NCBI RefSeq assembly: GCF_009914755.1
Contig: NC_060928.1
Direction: 5' to 3' (one strand)
Length of the DNA stretch: 64,000 nt
Origin: the human T2T-CHM13v2.0 reference genome, Homo sapiens
Shown here piece by piece: positions 41,493-55,264 of this stretch. The notes under the pieces are model-generated. The model did no database searches. It saw nothing but the letters and a program-made list of their open reading frames with translations, and was not told where the DNA came from. The number at the start of each line of letters is the position of its first letter. Within the stretch, counting starts at the first letter, position 1. The position numbers were made by a program, and so were the translations under genes.

Positions 41493-42149
41493 AACATATT
41501 CCCTGGCTTTAATGTTTCTATAAAATACTTTCCTAGAAATAGAAAACAAATATTGTCCTGTGTTGGGCTTAGAAAAATTTAGGACAGTAGCAGCTTATTA
41601 TACATATTTTATGAGGCTCTTTTATTTACATTATTATTCCTACTCCTTAGAATAACTGTGTGAGTTTGACTAGTTTTATCCTTATTTCACAGATGAGAAA
41701 AGTAAGCCTTAAAAGTTAATCATCTGGAACCAGGTTGTGCTGGCTCAGATGATACATCAATGTTTACTAATAACAACCAATACGATTAGTGGTTATTCGC
41801 TGAAGGCATTTCTTGGGAAAATACACAGTAGGACTGGCTGCCTTCCCCTTCCAGTATGACTTCCCTGGGCGTATGGAGAGAGGCAGACACTTCAGAATCC
41901 CAAAGTCTCCACAGCCTGCTCCATGTGAGGGCAGCTTCTGCCCTCGAAGGATATTCCTGAAATATTCGATCAGAGCTTGGTAAAAGTTTCTGTCACTAGG
42001 TTATAGTTGTATATTTCCAGCTTCTTAACTGGTGGCCTCCCTTGGCCACTGAACAGATCAGATGCTGGTCACTGTGAGAGGAGGTCACAGGTAGTGAATC
42101 CTTGAACACATCCCGCACAGCTCTACCAAGTGCTAGTGTTTTAAGAATG

Positions 42150-43330
42150 CACAAATTATGACCTAGTCATTACAGTCTACAACTGGAAACAGTCTGAGTG
42201 CCCATCAACAGGGACATGAACAAAATGGAATACTATTCAGCAACAGAAAGAGACAAACAGCTCATGTTAATACATACAATAATGTGGATGAACTCCAAAA
42301 ACATTTTGCTGAGTAAAAAAAGCACATTAGTTTCTTATTGCGCATGTAATAAATTGCCACAAACTTGGTATCATAAATTGCAGAAATGTATTATCTTACA
42401 GTAGTAGAGGTCAGAAGTCCAAAATGGGTCTGACAGGACTGAAATCAATTGTGTTGGCAACTATGTTCCCTTCTAAAGGTTAGCTTCCTGAGGCTACCAT
42501 CGTTCCTGGGTTTACAGCCGTCTTCAACTTCGAAAGCCCAGCAATATTTGGTCAAGTCTTTCTTATGATGCCAGCTCTCCAGTTCTGATTCTGTTTTCTA
42601 CATTTAAAGACACTTTTGATTGCATTGTGCCAACCCAGATAATCCAGAATAATTTTATTTTAAGTTCAGTTGATTAGCACCCATAATTCCTTCTGCTCCT
42701 TTAGTTCCTCTTTGCAGTGTACCATTGTGTTCATAGGTTCTGGGAATTACGATGTGGACATTTTGGAGGGCCATTATTTGCCTACCACAAGAAGTCTTAT
42801 ACAAAGGAGCACAACATTTATTACTTTCTTTCAGTAAAGTTGTAAAACAGGCAATTTAATATTTGGTGGATAAAATAAAAAACAACAGTGGTTACTCTTT
42901 GGACTTAGGGGAGGAGATTGGGAAAAGGCAATGTGAAATGATGTTTATATATTTTTTATTTAGGTTGCATTTTTTACAAGACTGTATATATACATATATA
43001 TACAGTCATATATATACTTGAAATATATATATATTTCAGCATATGTAAGTTTTACCTGAAAAATAAAAAAAAACAAATAGTAAAGTGTTGCAAATAATAT
43101 CCATGCATGAGTATTTAGGAAAAAATTTACTAATGTCTGAAACTTGCTAAAAAGTACTTTCCCAAATGGAGTAATGGGTAAATAGAGGGATGGAGAGACA
43201 GATATGTGGTAAGTCAAGTATAGAAAAATGTTAGTTTTAGGCAGTGGTTGGTTAGTTTTATGTGTGAATGTTTATTGCAAAACTGTTTCAATTTGTATGC
43301 TTAAAATTACCATAAAAATATGGAAGGGAA
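42150..43330 (+). mobile_element. old L1M(E) 3' fragments, interrupted by MLT1
   Basis: aactggaaacag..gtgcccatcaacag..atggaatactattcagcaa..tggatgaactccaaaacatt..gctgagtaaaa; resumes after ~42790. Confidence 0.6.
42323..42789 (-). mobile_element. MLT1 (C/D-like) solo LTR
   Basis: attagtttcttattg..tgtaataaattgccacaaactt; gaggtcagaagtccaaaatgggtct; end gggccattatttgcctaccaca. Confidence 0.85.
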
Positions 43331-44253
43331 AGCGTATTGGATCACAGTAGTAAGCCTTTGTAACAACTCTGTATTACATTCCTGTTTGCCATCTCTACTT
43401 CTTTTCTTGGCACTGAGGTTGGCATTGCATCTCTCAAATTAAGGAATGAATTTCTCCTTACTGAGTTTAAGAATTCACTGTTAGCTCAAAGCTCTCTCTT
43501 GCTGATGTTCAAACTTAAATATTCAGAGACTATGAAAAAGAATTAATTCCAACTTTCATCCCTACCCCACACAAGCACACCTGGCTAAGCAAAACTAATC
43601 CTTTTGACCCTCAGCCTTGGCAAGCCTGTGTGTGTGTGTGGCAGTGGTGGAGATGGGTGGTAGAGGCCTGTGTGTGGGTATCAGGTGCATATGAATAGTC
43701 AGAAATTTATTCTAGAAAACACAACACACATCCCTGCCATAGCAGAATCTCAAAACAGATTCTGCAGCTGCGCTCTGATTAAAGGAAGCTATACCAAAGC
43801 AGATTCCTGTTACCTTGCAAGAGAGACTGTGTCTGAGTGAAGAAAACAGAGACCCACTGTCTATCAATGAGAAAATTCACTGTCACTTTATTCCATCCAG
43901 CCTGTTTAGTGCTTGCAAGCAAGCCCATTCATTTGCCGTATTAGGCTCTAGTGGAGCGTGTGAACAGCTCATTACACTCTCATGAAGGATGCCGATCCTT
44001 TACCCTATCACAGCCAGTGGTACATTTGGATATGCCCTTTGAAAAATTCTGAAATGTGCCCTCAACCTCAGAGAATTGCAAGTTACTTCACCAAACTCGG
44101 AACATCCCCTTTCTCTGGTGGATGTATGCAGGTTTTTCTATGTGCACAGTCAGCTTCTCATTATACATTTATGGCTGTTTCTCCGTATATGTTGTCAGTG
44201 GGACTACATTCCAATCTGATTTTAAAAAGAAAAGAACAGAGTTGTAGTTTTAA

Positions 44254-44334
44254 TCTATCTGTCTATCTATCTGTCCGTCCGTCTGTCCGTCCGTCCATCC
44301 ATCCATCCATCCATCCATCCATCCATCCATCCAT
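44254..44334 (+). repeat. compound tetranucleotide STR (TCTA/TCTG/TCCG/TCCA)n
   Basis: Seen directly. Confidence 0.92.
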
Positions 44335-45334
44335 GTCTATCTGTATGTGTGTGTATTTTTTTGAAAACACATGTACATTTTCCTGTGAGGATTTAAGTTA
44401 TGATCTTGGGACTCTTAAAAAACTCTGGCCTAAATTAGGCTGTCATGTGGAAATTACAAGGTCAGTAACATGGGGCCCCTTAAAACCAAATTCTAATTTG
44501 TCTGCAACTGCAGCTACTTGCATCTCTCCTTCCTGACTCTTCTGGACTATAACAGACTTCAATAACAGAGATAGCATCACTACTAATATGATGGAGCTTT
44601 TCCCTTGACACTGAGCTTAGCAACTCTCCACAGTCCAGACATATTCAATACTTTTATACGAAAACCCAGGCGCAGTAAAAACACCATCTCAGCTTGTCCC
44701 TGGTGATGCTCTTGCTGGTAGTTGTTCATGGATGATAAATGGCTTTGATTCCAGAGAGTGGCGGTGCCTGCTACCTAAGTTGAAACTTAGGAAAATACCA
44801 GAAACTATTTTACTCACATACAGTTAACTTCTAATTATTCTTTGTTGACTTCTTTAACTTTTGATCCTCATTGTTTTCAGGAACATGTTGATTCTTCTAC
44901 TGTTACATTGCTAATCCAGCAATGCTGATATTTTTGTCAATTTTAACTGAAACTTTCTTAAATGACTGATGACATTGTTATAGTTCTCAGTTTCCTTCTA
45001 ATTTTTCTTTGTTATTTATTCTATTGGTGTCTTACTGTTAATGGCATTTTTATACATGTTTTGCTTGTTGGTTGCATTTGTGAGCAGGTTGAGACAATCT
45101 AATAGAATTCAAACAAACATCTAAATTGTCCTCGATGAATGTCCTCATTCTTTCATTAATTCAACATTCATTTTAGCCTTCATGTATGCACTTGCTGAGC
45201 ACTTTGGGGTACTTAAAATTCCTTTCAATCAGATTAACAATAAATCTAAGCTTAAATAACTGTAATACTTGATAGAATGTGCTATGTCATAAAAGAAAGT
45301 TTGTGTATATGAGAAATAAAGTGCTATAAAATTA

Positions 45335-45675
<341 letters not shown>

Positions 45676-46599
45676 AAATTAAACAAAAATTGTAAGAGAA
45701 AAAAAAGTAAGGAAAAAAGTAAGAGAAGAGCTATAATACCCATCATGTGGAAAAGAGTGGTTATGAAAAGTGGGAAGGGATGATGAATATATTAACTCCC
45801 TGAATAATGCAAAGTGGAAGAATATATCACGAATTCCATCAACAACAGCTATTTCTTAATCTTATCTTTCATGTGCCAATCCCCCTTTTTCCAACCCCTA
45901 TGTGCAATAACAGGTATACTATAAATATTTGTTAATTTATTGGTTATCAATCTGCAGTAAATCACCAATATATTCTACTGTATTCTCCATCCCCCAGAAA
46001 ATACCAACTTTTGGAACATCGTAGTTTTATTAAAAAGAGGATTCCCTTCTGTATGACTTAAACAAGGCTATATTCCCAATTCTCCAACTCCAGGCAGATT
46101 CTTTACCCTCCAATTTCATTTCTAGTATTTAAGATAGAAACACAAGTCTACCTTCCTGAATTAATTCTGAGGCATCATTGGCATGATGTGTAAAGCTCTG
46201 TCATTTCCATAAAATAATTACTGAAAATTATTTGATATATTAGTTTTTTAAAAAATTTGGTTTTATTGCAGCTTTGTAACTTTATATGATTTCTCTGATT
46301 TGGGGAAAGTTTTTTTAAAAATTAAAGTTGTATGTTTGACTCCCATGCCTGTTATATGTGATTTTAAATTTTCCCTAAAAAAGCCTTCCCCCAAATAAAT
46401 TCCTATTCTTTTCTATGTTTCATCTTATGACTTCCTCAAGACTCGTAATTATGCATTTTTTGGTTTCCCTGCTGTTAGGTATCCTCTAGGATGACATATT
46501 TTCCTCTTGCTATCATTTTATATCTCTACTTCTTTATATACTAAAGCCTCTCAAGTGCCAAAATGAAGGTTGATTCTCTTCCTTGATTAAGCTATTCTT

Positions 46600-46875
46600 C
46601 AATTTCTTCTTTACTACTCATTCCTTGGTCCACTTCAGTCCAATTCTGGCCGCACTATTCCACTGAGAGTACTCTTAAATAATCATTCATATATATTCAA
46701 TGGTCCAATCTTCTTGCTTTTGTTCTTCTTGACCATTCAGTAGTTTTAATATTATAGACTATATTATTCCTTGAAACCATAACCTTTCTTGCCTTTTATG
46801 ACACTATATTTAACAGAATGTGTCTTTATTCTTAACTTCCTTTTTTATCCTCTGCTTATCCCTTACTCCTTAATG
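46600..46875 (+). mobile_element. L2 fragment
   Basis: ccacttcagtc..ttctggcc.cactattccactgag..cttgaccattcagtag..tccttgaaac..ttgccttttatgacacta. Confidence 0.6.
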
Positions 46876-46883
46876 GAAGGAGA

Positions 46884-46919
46884 ATTAGTCAGAGTTCTAT
46901 AGAGATATAGAAGCAGTAG

Positions 46920-46968
<49 letters not shown>

Positions 46969-47340
46969 GAGAGGACAGAGAGTGAGCAATTTATTATGAA
47001 GAATTGGCTGAGAATTCTGAAAATCTACAGTCAGCAACTAGAGAGTGAAGAGGGTTGATGGTATAAGTTTCAGCCTGAAAGTTGGCTGGCTTGAGACACA
47101 AAAAGAGCTGATGTTTCAGTTCAAGTCTGAAGAAGGGAAAAGACTGATGTCCCACCTCAAGAAATTAAACAGGAGGAGTTCCTGCTTACTTGTGGGAAGG
47201 CCAATCTTTTTGTTCTGTTCAAGCCTTCTACTGATTGGGTGAACCCCATTCATATTAGGCAGGATAATCTGTTTATCTAGTCCACCAAATCTAATGTTAA
47301 CCTTGTCAAAAAATACCTTTACAGACACACCCAGAATAAG
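46884..47340 (-). mobile_element. MLT2B-type LTR lacking one terminus, containing (TCTA)12
   Basis: attagtcagagttct; tttattatgaagaattggct; gagctgatgtttcagttcaagtctgaag; ends acagacacacccagaataa. Confidence 0.85.
46921..46968 (+). repeat. (TCTA)12 perfect STR
   Basis: Seen directly. Confidence 0.95.
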
Positions 47341-47369
47341 GCTTGACTGAAAAGATGTTGTTGCAAATG

Positions 47370-48465
47370 TGATGAATGTGCACTATTGGTGGAAATGTAA
47401 AATGGTGCAGCCACTATAGGAAATAATATGGTGTTTCTTCAAAAAATTGAAAATAGAATTATCATGTATTTCAGCAATTCCAACCCTGGGCATATCCTCA
47501 AAAGTGAAACCAGGGATTCAAACACACGTGTGTACACTCAAGTTTATAGCAGCATTATTTACAATAGCCAAAAGCTGGAAGCAAGCCAAGTGTCCATGGG
47601 CAGAGGAATAGATAAACACAATGTAGTCTGTACATACAATGAGACATTATTCAGCCTTAAAAATAAATGAAATTATGACACATGCTACAATGCAGATGAG
47701 CCTTGAATTGAAGACATTATACAAAGTGAAATGAGTCAGACACAAAAGACAAATACTGTATGATTCACTTATATTTGTTACCTAGCATATTCAAATCCAT
47801 AGCAACAGAAAGTAGAATGGTGGTTGCTGGGGCCAGAAGAAGGAGAAAACTGAGAGTTACTACTTAATGGTGATATGGTTTGGCTCTGTGTCCCCACCCA
47901 AATCTCATCTTATAGCTTCCATAATTTCCATGTGTTGTGGGAGAGACCTGGTGGGAGATAACTGAATCATGGGATGGGTCTTTCCCATGCTGTTCTTGTG
48001 ATACTGAATAAGTCTCATGAAATCTGATGGTTTTAAAAAACGGGAATTTCCCTGCACAAGCTCTTTTGTTTGCCACCATGTGAGACATGCCTTTCTCCTT
48101 CCACCATGATTGTGAGGCCTCTCCAGCCATGTGGAACTGTAAGTCCAATAAACTTATTTGTTTTGTAAATTGCTCAGTCTCAGATATGTCTTCATCAGCA
48201 GCATGAAAACAGACTAATACAAGTTGGTAGAGAGTTACAGTTTGGAAAGATAAAAAAAAAGTCCTGGACAAACATGATGGTAATGATTGCACAAAAAAAG
48301 ATAAAATGATTGCACAAAAAAAGATAAAAAAAAGTCCTGGACAAACATGATGGTAATGATTTCACAAAAACTTGAATGTACTTAATGATATTCAACTATC
48401 CACTTAAAAATGATTAAATTGGTAAAGGTTACGTTATGTATATCTTACCACAGTTTAAAAAAATA
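47370..48465 (+). mobile_element. L1MA/MB 3' end, interrupted by THE1
   Basis: tgcactattggtggaaatgtaaaatggtgcagccact; cagaaagtagaatggtggttgc; resumes tagagagttacagtttgg after the LTR. Confidence 0.85.
47871..48221 (+). mobile_element. THE1A-type MaLR solo LTR
   Basis: tgatatggtttggctctgtgtccccacccaaatctcatct...cagcagcatgaaaacagactaataca. Confidence 0.93.
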
Positions 48466-48549
48466 GGCTATATGTAATACATCTGATGTCTCTGAATTAA
48501 GGCCCTCATGATTTAGCTGCTGTCTGAAGGTACCTTTTGCATGACCTAG

Positions 48550-49042
<493 letters not shown>

Positions 49043-51464
49043 CAATTAATGACTCCTTTATTTTTACCCTGTACCTTGCTTACTTATACCTTGATTATAA
49101 TGTATTTATTTATACACTTGCTGTTGATGATTGTTGGCATTTGGTGGCCTCTATTAGATTATAAGCTCCTGGAATGCAAGGTGTCTGGCTTCTCCTTCTT
49201 TTCCTTTGCCTAGTTATCCCATAAATATTTGACCTGAAATTGGGACATCTCACCAATAACCCTCAAGATGAGTTCCTGCTTCCTCTTGTGTTATAAGAAG
49301 CAGATAAAACTCAACAATAATGAGAGGTCATTTTCTTTGTTTGAACATAGTTTTTAAGGTTTTGCATTCTCATTTATGTGAAAGATTTTTATTGTCCTCT
49401 ACTTTTTCCTTTCGGTAGCTCCTAGACTCTATTATTATTTATATTAGTACAACTTAAAGGACTAGGGGTTGATCTTGTTTTATCAATTTGAAAAAAATAT
49501 GGAGAATATATTATTTCAATTTTTATATTTGTGAGAATTCATAAAGATAACTTTTTCCTCAAGTGATTAGCTTAATACGTGGCAGTTATAGAACAGGCTA
49601 GCAATTACAGCAATCAAATGTTTAAAGTGTACACCACCACTTAACTGGTCTCATTGTTACATAAGTTGGAAATCCTGTATAACTAATGATGGATAACAGA
49701 GACACAGGCTTTTTTCATATTGCTCTGCTCACTCTTAGTTAACCTCTTCGAGTTGACTCTACTCTGCAGGAGTAAGCCACACTACCTTTCATGATGTTGG
49801 CTCCTGAATCTCACACCTGTCAGCATTGTCTTTCTAGATTATACAGAATGACTGGGTTACTGTTTAATAAATAATGCCTTGAAGAAGTTGAACTAACTAG
49901 AGGAAAATTACTGTATACATTGAGGTGTTCCTCTACTCCTTTCTCAATCCACAGTTCTGGGAAACTTTAATTCAACCTTGGATAGCTTTATATTGGAGAA
50001 TGAAAAAAATCAAAGCACTCAAGGGTGGTCAGCTCTATTATTAGTGCCCTCCTCACTAATAGATATGAGTGCAGAATCTTCTTTCTCTAGACTTCATTGC
50101 TATAATAACCACTTATGCTGTAGAATCCACTTTGCCACTTTTTTTTTTCTTATTAGCTCTTTTGCTGTTGTCTTTTCCTCTGGAAGACATCCACATACTG
50201 GAAGAAGTTCCTTCTCTCTCTCCGCAGCAGTGAGGCAGCAATTTTGTGTAGGAAGTTGTGGGGGGTCATTAATGACTAGGAATAGAGGAGCTGTAAGCCT
50301 CATGTCCCAGATTGACACAGAGGGTTACAGGCCCTTCAAAATGTACTCCAGCCACTAAGGGAAAAGAATGACTCTTTTTCAGACAATCCATAGTTCAATA
50401 TTGACAGGAGCATGAGAAGAAATTTCAGATTGCCTACTTCTGCTGGCTAGAAAGCCCTGTAATTGTGGCAGGCAGGGGGCAGAATGCCTTTGGTGGCTGA
50501 CAGAGAAAATACTTGATCTGAGCTCTCAAAGCCTTTGTAGACATTTCTATCCAGAGAAGAGCACCAGGGCTGCATTAGCTGAGTCCTTGAGATGCAATTG
50601 AGGAGGCAATGCTATTTTCCTTCTGGCTGAGAGAAATGGCAGAGCCTCTTCGTAACAAATGATCATAAATTGCCTGTGTGTCTCCAAGGCAATGAGAGAA
50701 CTTGCATCTTAGTACTAATGCAAGCTGCTCTCATACTTTTGAGTAGCGCTGGCCACTGGAAAGGAATAAGAGCCTGAGGATAAAGCTACCAAGACATATC
50801 TTTATCCCACAAGTAAGTGTAATCAAAAGTGAAAGGCTTTCAGCTGTTAAGTTACTTGAAAAACAGATTCTCAAAACTCAATAATTAAATCGAGAGGGGT
50901 GAAAGCCAGAAACTAAGATCAAGTAAAATTTGGAAAATTGGGAAGTGAAAGAATAAACAAGATCTTCAGCTAGAGTTAAACTTGGCTGTCAGCCCTATCC
51001 CATTTCTGTTTTTTGGTTTTGTTTTGTTTTAAATCCGGTATAAGGCCACGTGAGATATGACATAGAAATGTGTAATCAAAAAGCATGCGTATATTTGAAG
51101 TTTAAATTCATAGAAAAGTTCTCATTCAGTGCTCCTTAAGGCCATTTTGGCCAATTTAGAATTTTTGAGGTATACAATCTAGGTCATCTTTAAGCTTTCT
51201 AAGCTGCACTACTCCCTGGTTCTTTATAAATAATTTTGTGAGTACATATCAAATGTACAGATTTACAGTAAGTGATGCTATGTACTTACATTATGCTCAT
51301 ATCTATAGTTATAAAAAGTTCTTTAGAAGCCCTGGAGTGTCATATGTGTTTATAGATTTGCATTTATAAGAATTGGTTTAGCATAACACAGGCATGAAAA
51401 TCTTGCTACCTGGTATTCTGTGCTTTTTAACAGGCTTGCTGATAACAATGTTGTTGATACCGAT

Positions 51465-51685
51465 GGCAGCACCTATCATTTGGGAGGTGTTTCCAAGGTG
51501 CAAGACAATCTGCTAATTACTTAACACAGGTTATCTCACTTAATTCCTTCAACATCCTTATCATGATTATTGCTCTTACTGTTTGAGGAAGCTGAGGTTC
51601 AGAGAGGATAATCGGCTTGCTTAAGGTCATATCAATAGTAAATGGAGGATGATGGTTCTAAATGTATATTGCCCTAATTTCAAAT
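51465..51685 (-). mobile_element. MIR
   Basis: ttatctcacttaattccttcaacatcct..tgaggaagctgaggttcagagagg..gcttgcttaaggtcat. Confidence 0.75.
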
Positions 51686-52179
51686 GAAAAATATTAACAA
51701 AAGAGAGGGAATGATATGATAGAAAATGCTCTAATGTATTTGTTGAGAGATTTGGGATAAAGTTTTCACTTACATTTCATACCACTGTGCAGTGAACTTC
51801 TTTTGGTTTTGAGATCCAGCATATGGTCTTCCTTATTCTGGAATATTTATCCTAATCTGGCTTTGATAAAACACCACTTCTAGTGGTCAACCATTTCCAT
51901 TTAGTGCTATTGACTCAACTCCTAACTGAATGGTTTGGGCCAAATTGGCTTATGGACCATTTTCCAGTCACCAAGTTTGGGATGAATATTTGCTAGAGCT
52001 CCTGGAATAAAATTGATCTCCCTCTCTCTTTTTCTGCAGGTACTACCAAAATATGCATTGGCATTTATTGGATAGTATGGTGTTCTATAGAAATATGAGG
52101 TTTGCAAATAAAGTAACTATTTGGACATTGTGGAAGGAAAAATCAAAGTTCTCTGTGACCATGTGCCTTTACAGTGTGA

Positions 52180-53542
52180 CTTTTTCACAGCTTTCATCAA
52201 GACATGGAAGCTCTTTCCCCACCTCTTGCGTCTAGGCTGTGTTTTCACTTGCTTTGACCAATAGAAGATGAAAGAATGACATTATGCAATTGTAAGCCTT
52301 CGATTTTTACTCTTTGGGAACTCTAGCCAAAGACTACCACAAAAGGAAGCCAGTCTAGTCAGCTGGAGACTGATACACCATGAGGAAAAAAGATCCACAG
52401 TGATCAAGAAGACGGCCAGCTTCAACTGTCAGACCTACGAGTCTGGCCATCTTGCATCTTCCGACCCAGCTGATCCTGAGCTTAATGAAGCTACATGAGT
52501 GAGTGCTATGGAGAAAGCACAGCCAGCCAACATTCTTGTGAGAAATAACAAGTCTTTTTTTTTTCCTTCAGCTTTTATTTTAAGTTCTGGGGTACATGTG
52601 CAAGATGTGCTGGTTTGTTACATAGGTGAAGGTGTACCATGGTGGTTTGCTGTACAGATCAACCCATCACCTTGGTATTAAGTGCAGCATCCAATAGCTA
52701 TTCTTCCTTGTGTTGTCTTTCCTCCCATCCCTTCCCCCGACAGGCCCCAGTGTGTATTGTTCTCTCACATGTGTCCATGTGTTCTCATTGTTCAGTTCCC
52801 ACTCATAAGCAAGAGCATGTGGTGTTTGGTTTTCTGTTCCTGTGTTAGTTTGCTGAGGATAGCGGCTTCCAGCTTCATCCATGTCCCTGAAAAGTACACA
52901 ATCTCATTCTTTTTTATGGCTGCATAGTATTTCATGGTGTATATGTACCGTATTTTCTTTATCCAATCTGTCATTGATGGGCATTTAGGTTGGTTCCATG
53001 TCTTTGCTATTTTGAATAGCGCTGCAATGAACATACGCATGCATGTGTCCTTATAATAGAATGATTTATATTCCTTTAGGTATATACCCAGTAATGGGAT
53101 TGCTGGCTCAAATGGTATTTCTGCCTTTAGATCTTTGAGGAATCACCACACTGTCATCCACAATGGTTGAACTAATTTACACTCCCACCAAGAGTGTAAA
53201 AGCATTCTTTTCAGAATGAGAGAACATTTTTGCAATCTATCCATCTGACAAAGGTCTAATATCCAGAGTCTATGAGGAATTTAAACAAAGTTATGAGAAA
53301 AAAACAACCCCATTAAACTGTGGGCAAAGGACATAAAGAGACATTTCTCACAATAAGACATTCATGTGGTGAACAAACATATGAAAAAAAACTCAACATC
53401 ACTGATCTTTAGAGAAATGTGAATCGAAACCACAAGAAGATACCATTTCACGCCAGTCAGAATGGCAGTTATTACAAATTGTTGTCTTTTAAGCCACATA
53501 GTTTTGTGGTGGTTTATTAAATGGCAATGGTTAACTGATGCA
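52180..53542 (+). mobile_element. MLT1 (F/G/H-like) solo LTR split by an L1 insertion
   Basis: cacttgctttgaccaatagaa; ggaagccagtctag; ggccatcttg..ccagc; resumes ttttaagccac..gttttg.ggtggttt..aactgatgca at ~53476. Confidence 0.7.
52555..53474 (-). mobile_element. 5'-truncated, 5'-inverted L1PA (PA10-13-like)
   Basis: 52555-53212 is the L1 3' end on minus; 53213-53474 is the adjacent upstream ORF2 segment on plus. Confidence 0.9.
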
Positions 53543-54100
53543 GTCACTATTGCTAGAGAACTGGGTGAGGCGGGGAGAATGATTACAGAGCAAGATAACA
53601 GAAAACCAATGGTTGCTTGGTGTTGTCACATGAGTTGCTAAATCAAGCTTTACATGAAGTCTGCCCTATAGCCAGATTTAGAATGTATGAGAGCATCTCC
53701 ATTCCTCCCTCTCATTGCTTTTTGCAGGAGGTGGGAGAGATGACTTAAACCAATTTTATTTTATTAAGTTGTAATATACAGTAATAAATTACTCTGGTCA
53801 CCACTTGTGTTGTTGGCTAATTCTTGATACAAAAGCGGTTTTATCATCTCTGGGTCTATTCATCATCTAAGAGACTGATAGAAAGATCATTATGCAAAAC
53901 AAAGTTCTAAAGTGAGTATCACCCAAAATTAGAGTAAGAAAAAAACTCTAGTAGCTTTCATAGTATCTTTCCTTTGTTCATTTCTGAAATGAGTAAGGCT
54001 TTAAATAACACATAACCTACCTAAGTTAGCACTGCAGTTGAGACATTAAGTAATTTTTTTAAATAATCTGATGTTCATGATTTCCTGAGTGTGAAGCTAG

Positions 54101-54274
54101 TTTTTTTTTTCTTTTTTTTCTTTTTAATTATTATACTTTAAGTTTTAGGGTACATGTGCACAATGTGCAGGTTAGTTACATATGTATACGTGTGCCATGC
54201 TGGTGTGCTGCACCCATTAACTCGTCATTTAGCATTAGGTATATCTCCTAATGCTATCCCTACCCCCTCCCCCC
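54101..54274 (-). mobile_element. young L1PA2/3-type 3'-end insertion (~175 bp)
   Basis: cacaatgtgcaggttagttacatatg..gccatgctggtgtgctgcacccattaactcg; TSD gaagctagt at 54093 and 54275. Confidence 0.95.
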
Positions 54275-54614
54275 GAAGCTAGTATTTTTAAAATAAATGA
54301 TCCCTTCTAGTTCCTTCTTTGTGGAGAAAAAAAGGACATAATTTTCAATCTGAAATCAGAGGCTAGTACTTCACCCACATAATGGGGCAAGTCCAACATT
54401 TGATACAAATGTCAAGTAAAAAGAGTGACAGAAACTAGAAAAACTGGTGAGTTTTTTTTCTGGTTTGTTTTTCTGTTTAACCAATTATATTAAAATACAA
54501 ATGTATTTGTTTTTGAAACACAATTAGAATAACCTTTGCAAACCTTTAAGCCTCTAGCATTCATTATTTAGATTAAGTCTTTAACACTGAAGTCTGGCTT
54601 TTATTCAGTCCTAG

Positions 54615-55177
54615 TGTGTCCAGAATTGGTTCCTTCCTGTGGGTACTTGCTCTCGCTGACTTCAAGAATGAAGCCACAGACCTTCAAGGTGAGTGTTATG
54701 GCTCTTAAAGATGGTGTGTCTGGAGTTTGTTCCTTCAGATGTTCAGATGTGTACAGAGTTTCTTCCTTCCGGTGGGTTCGTGGTCTCACGCTCACTTTAG
54801 GAGTGAAGCCACAGACCTTCGCAGTGAGTGTTACAGCTCTTAAAAGTAGTGCAGACACGAAGAGTGAGCAGCAGCAAGATTTATTGTGAAGAGCAAAACA
54901 ACAAAGCTTCTACAGCATGGAAGGGGACCTGACCGGGTTGCGCTGCTGGCTCAGGTGGCCAGTTTTTATTCCCTTATTTGGCCCTGCCCACGTCCTGCTC
55001 ATTGGTCCATTTTACAGAGTGCTGATTGGTGCATTTTCACAGAGTGCTGATTGGTGTGTTTACAATCCTTTAGCTAGACACAGAGTGCTGATTGGTACAT
55101 TTACAATCCTCTAGCTAGACAGAAAAGTTCTCCAAGTCCCCACTCAACCCAGGAAGTCCAGCTAGCTTCACCTCTCA
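54615..55177 (-). mobile_element. LTR12 (ERV9) solo LTR, short LTR12F-like form
   Basis: tgtgtccagaattggttcctt start, repeated gaagccacagaccttc units, repeated cagagtgctgattggt units, end cttcacctctca; TSD ctag/ctgg. Confidence 0.93.
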
Positions 55178-55264
55178 CTGGTTTCTATACCTTGGCTTCT
55201 AAAACACTCAGTTTGAAAAATATCTCCTTAACAGTGCCATCAAATAGGAATATAACATAATCCA

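Noticed and set aside
43982-44536. Longest ORF in the track (184 aa)
   Set aside because: Runs through a stop-free (TCCA/TCCG)n microsatellite (SIHP repeats); no domain-like sequence or convincing exon structure
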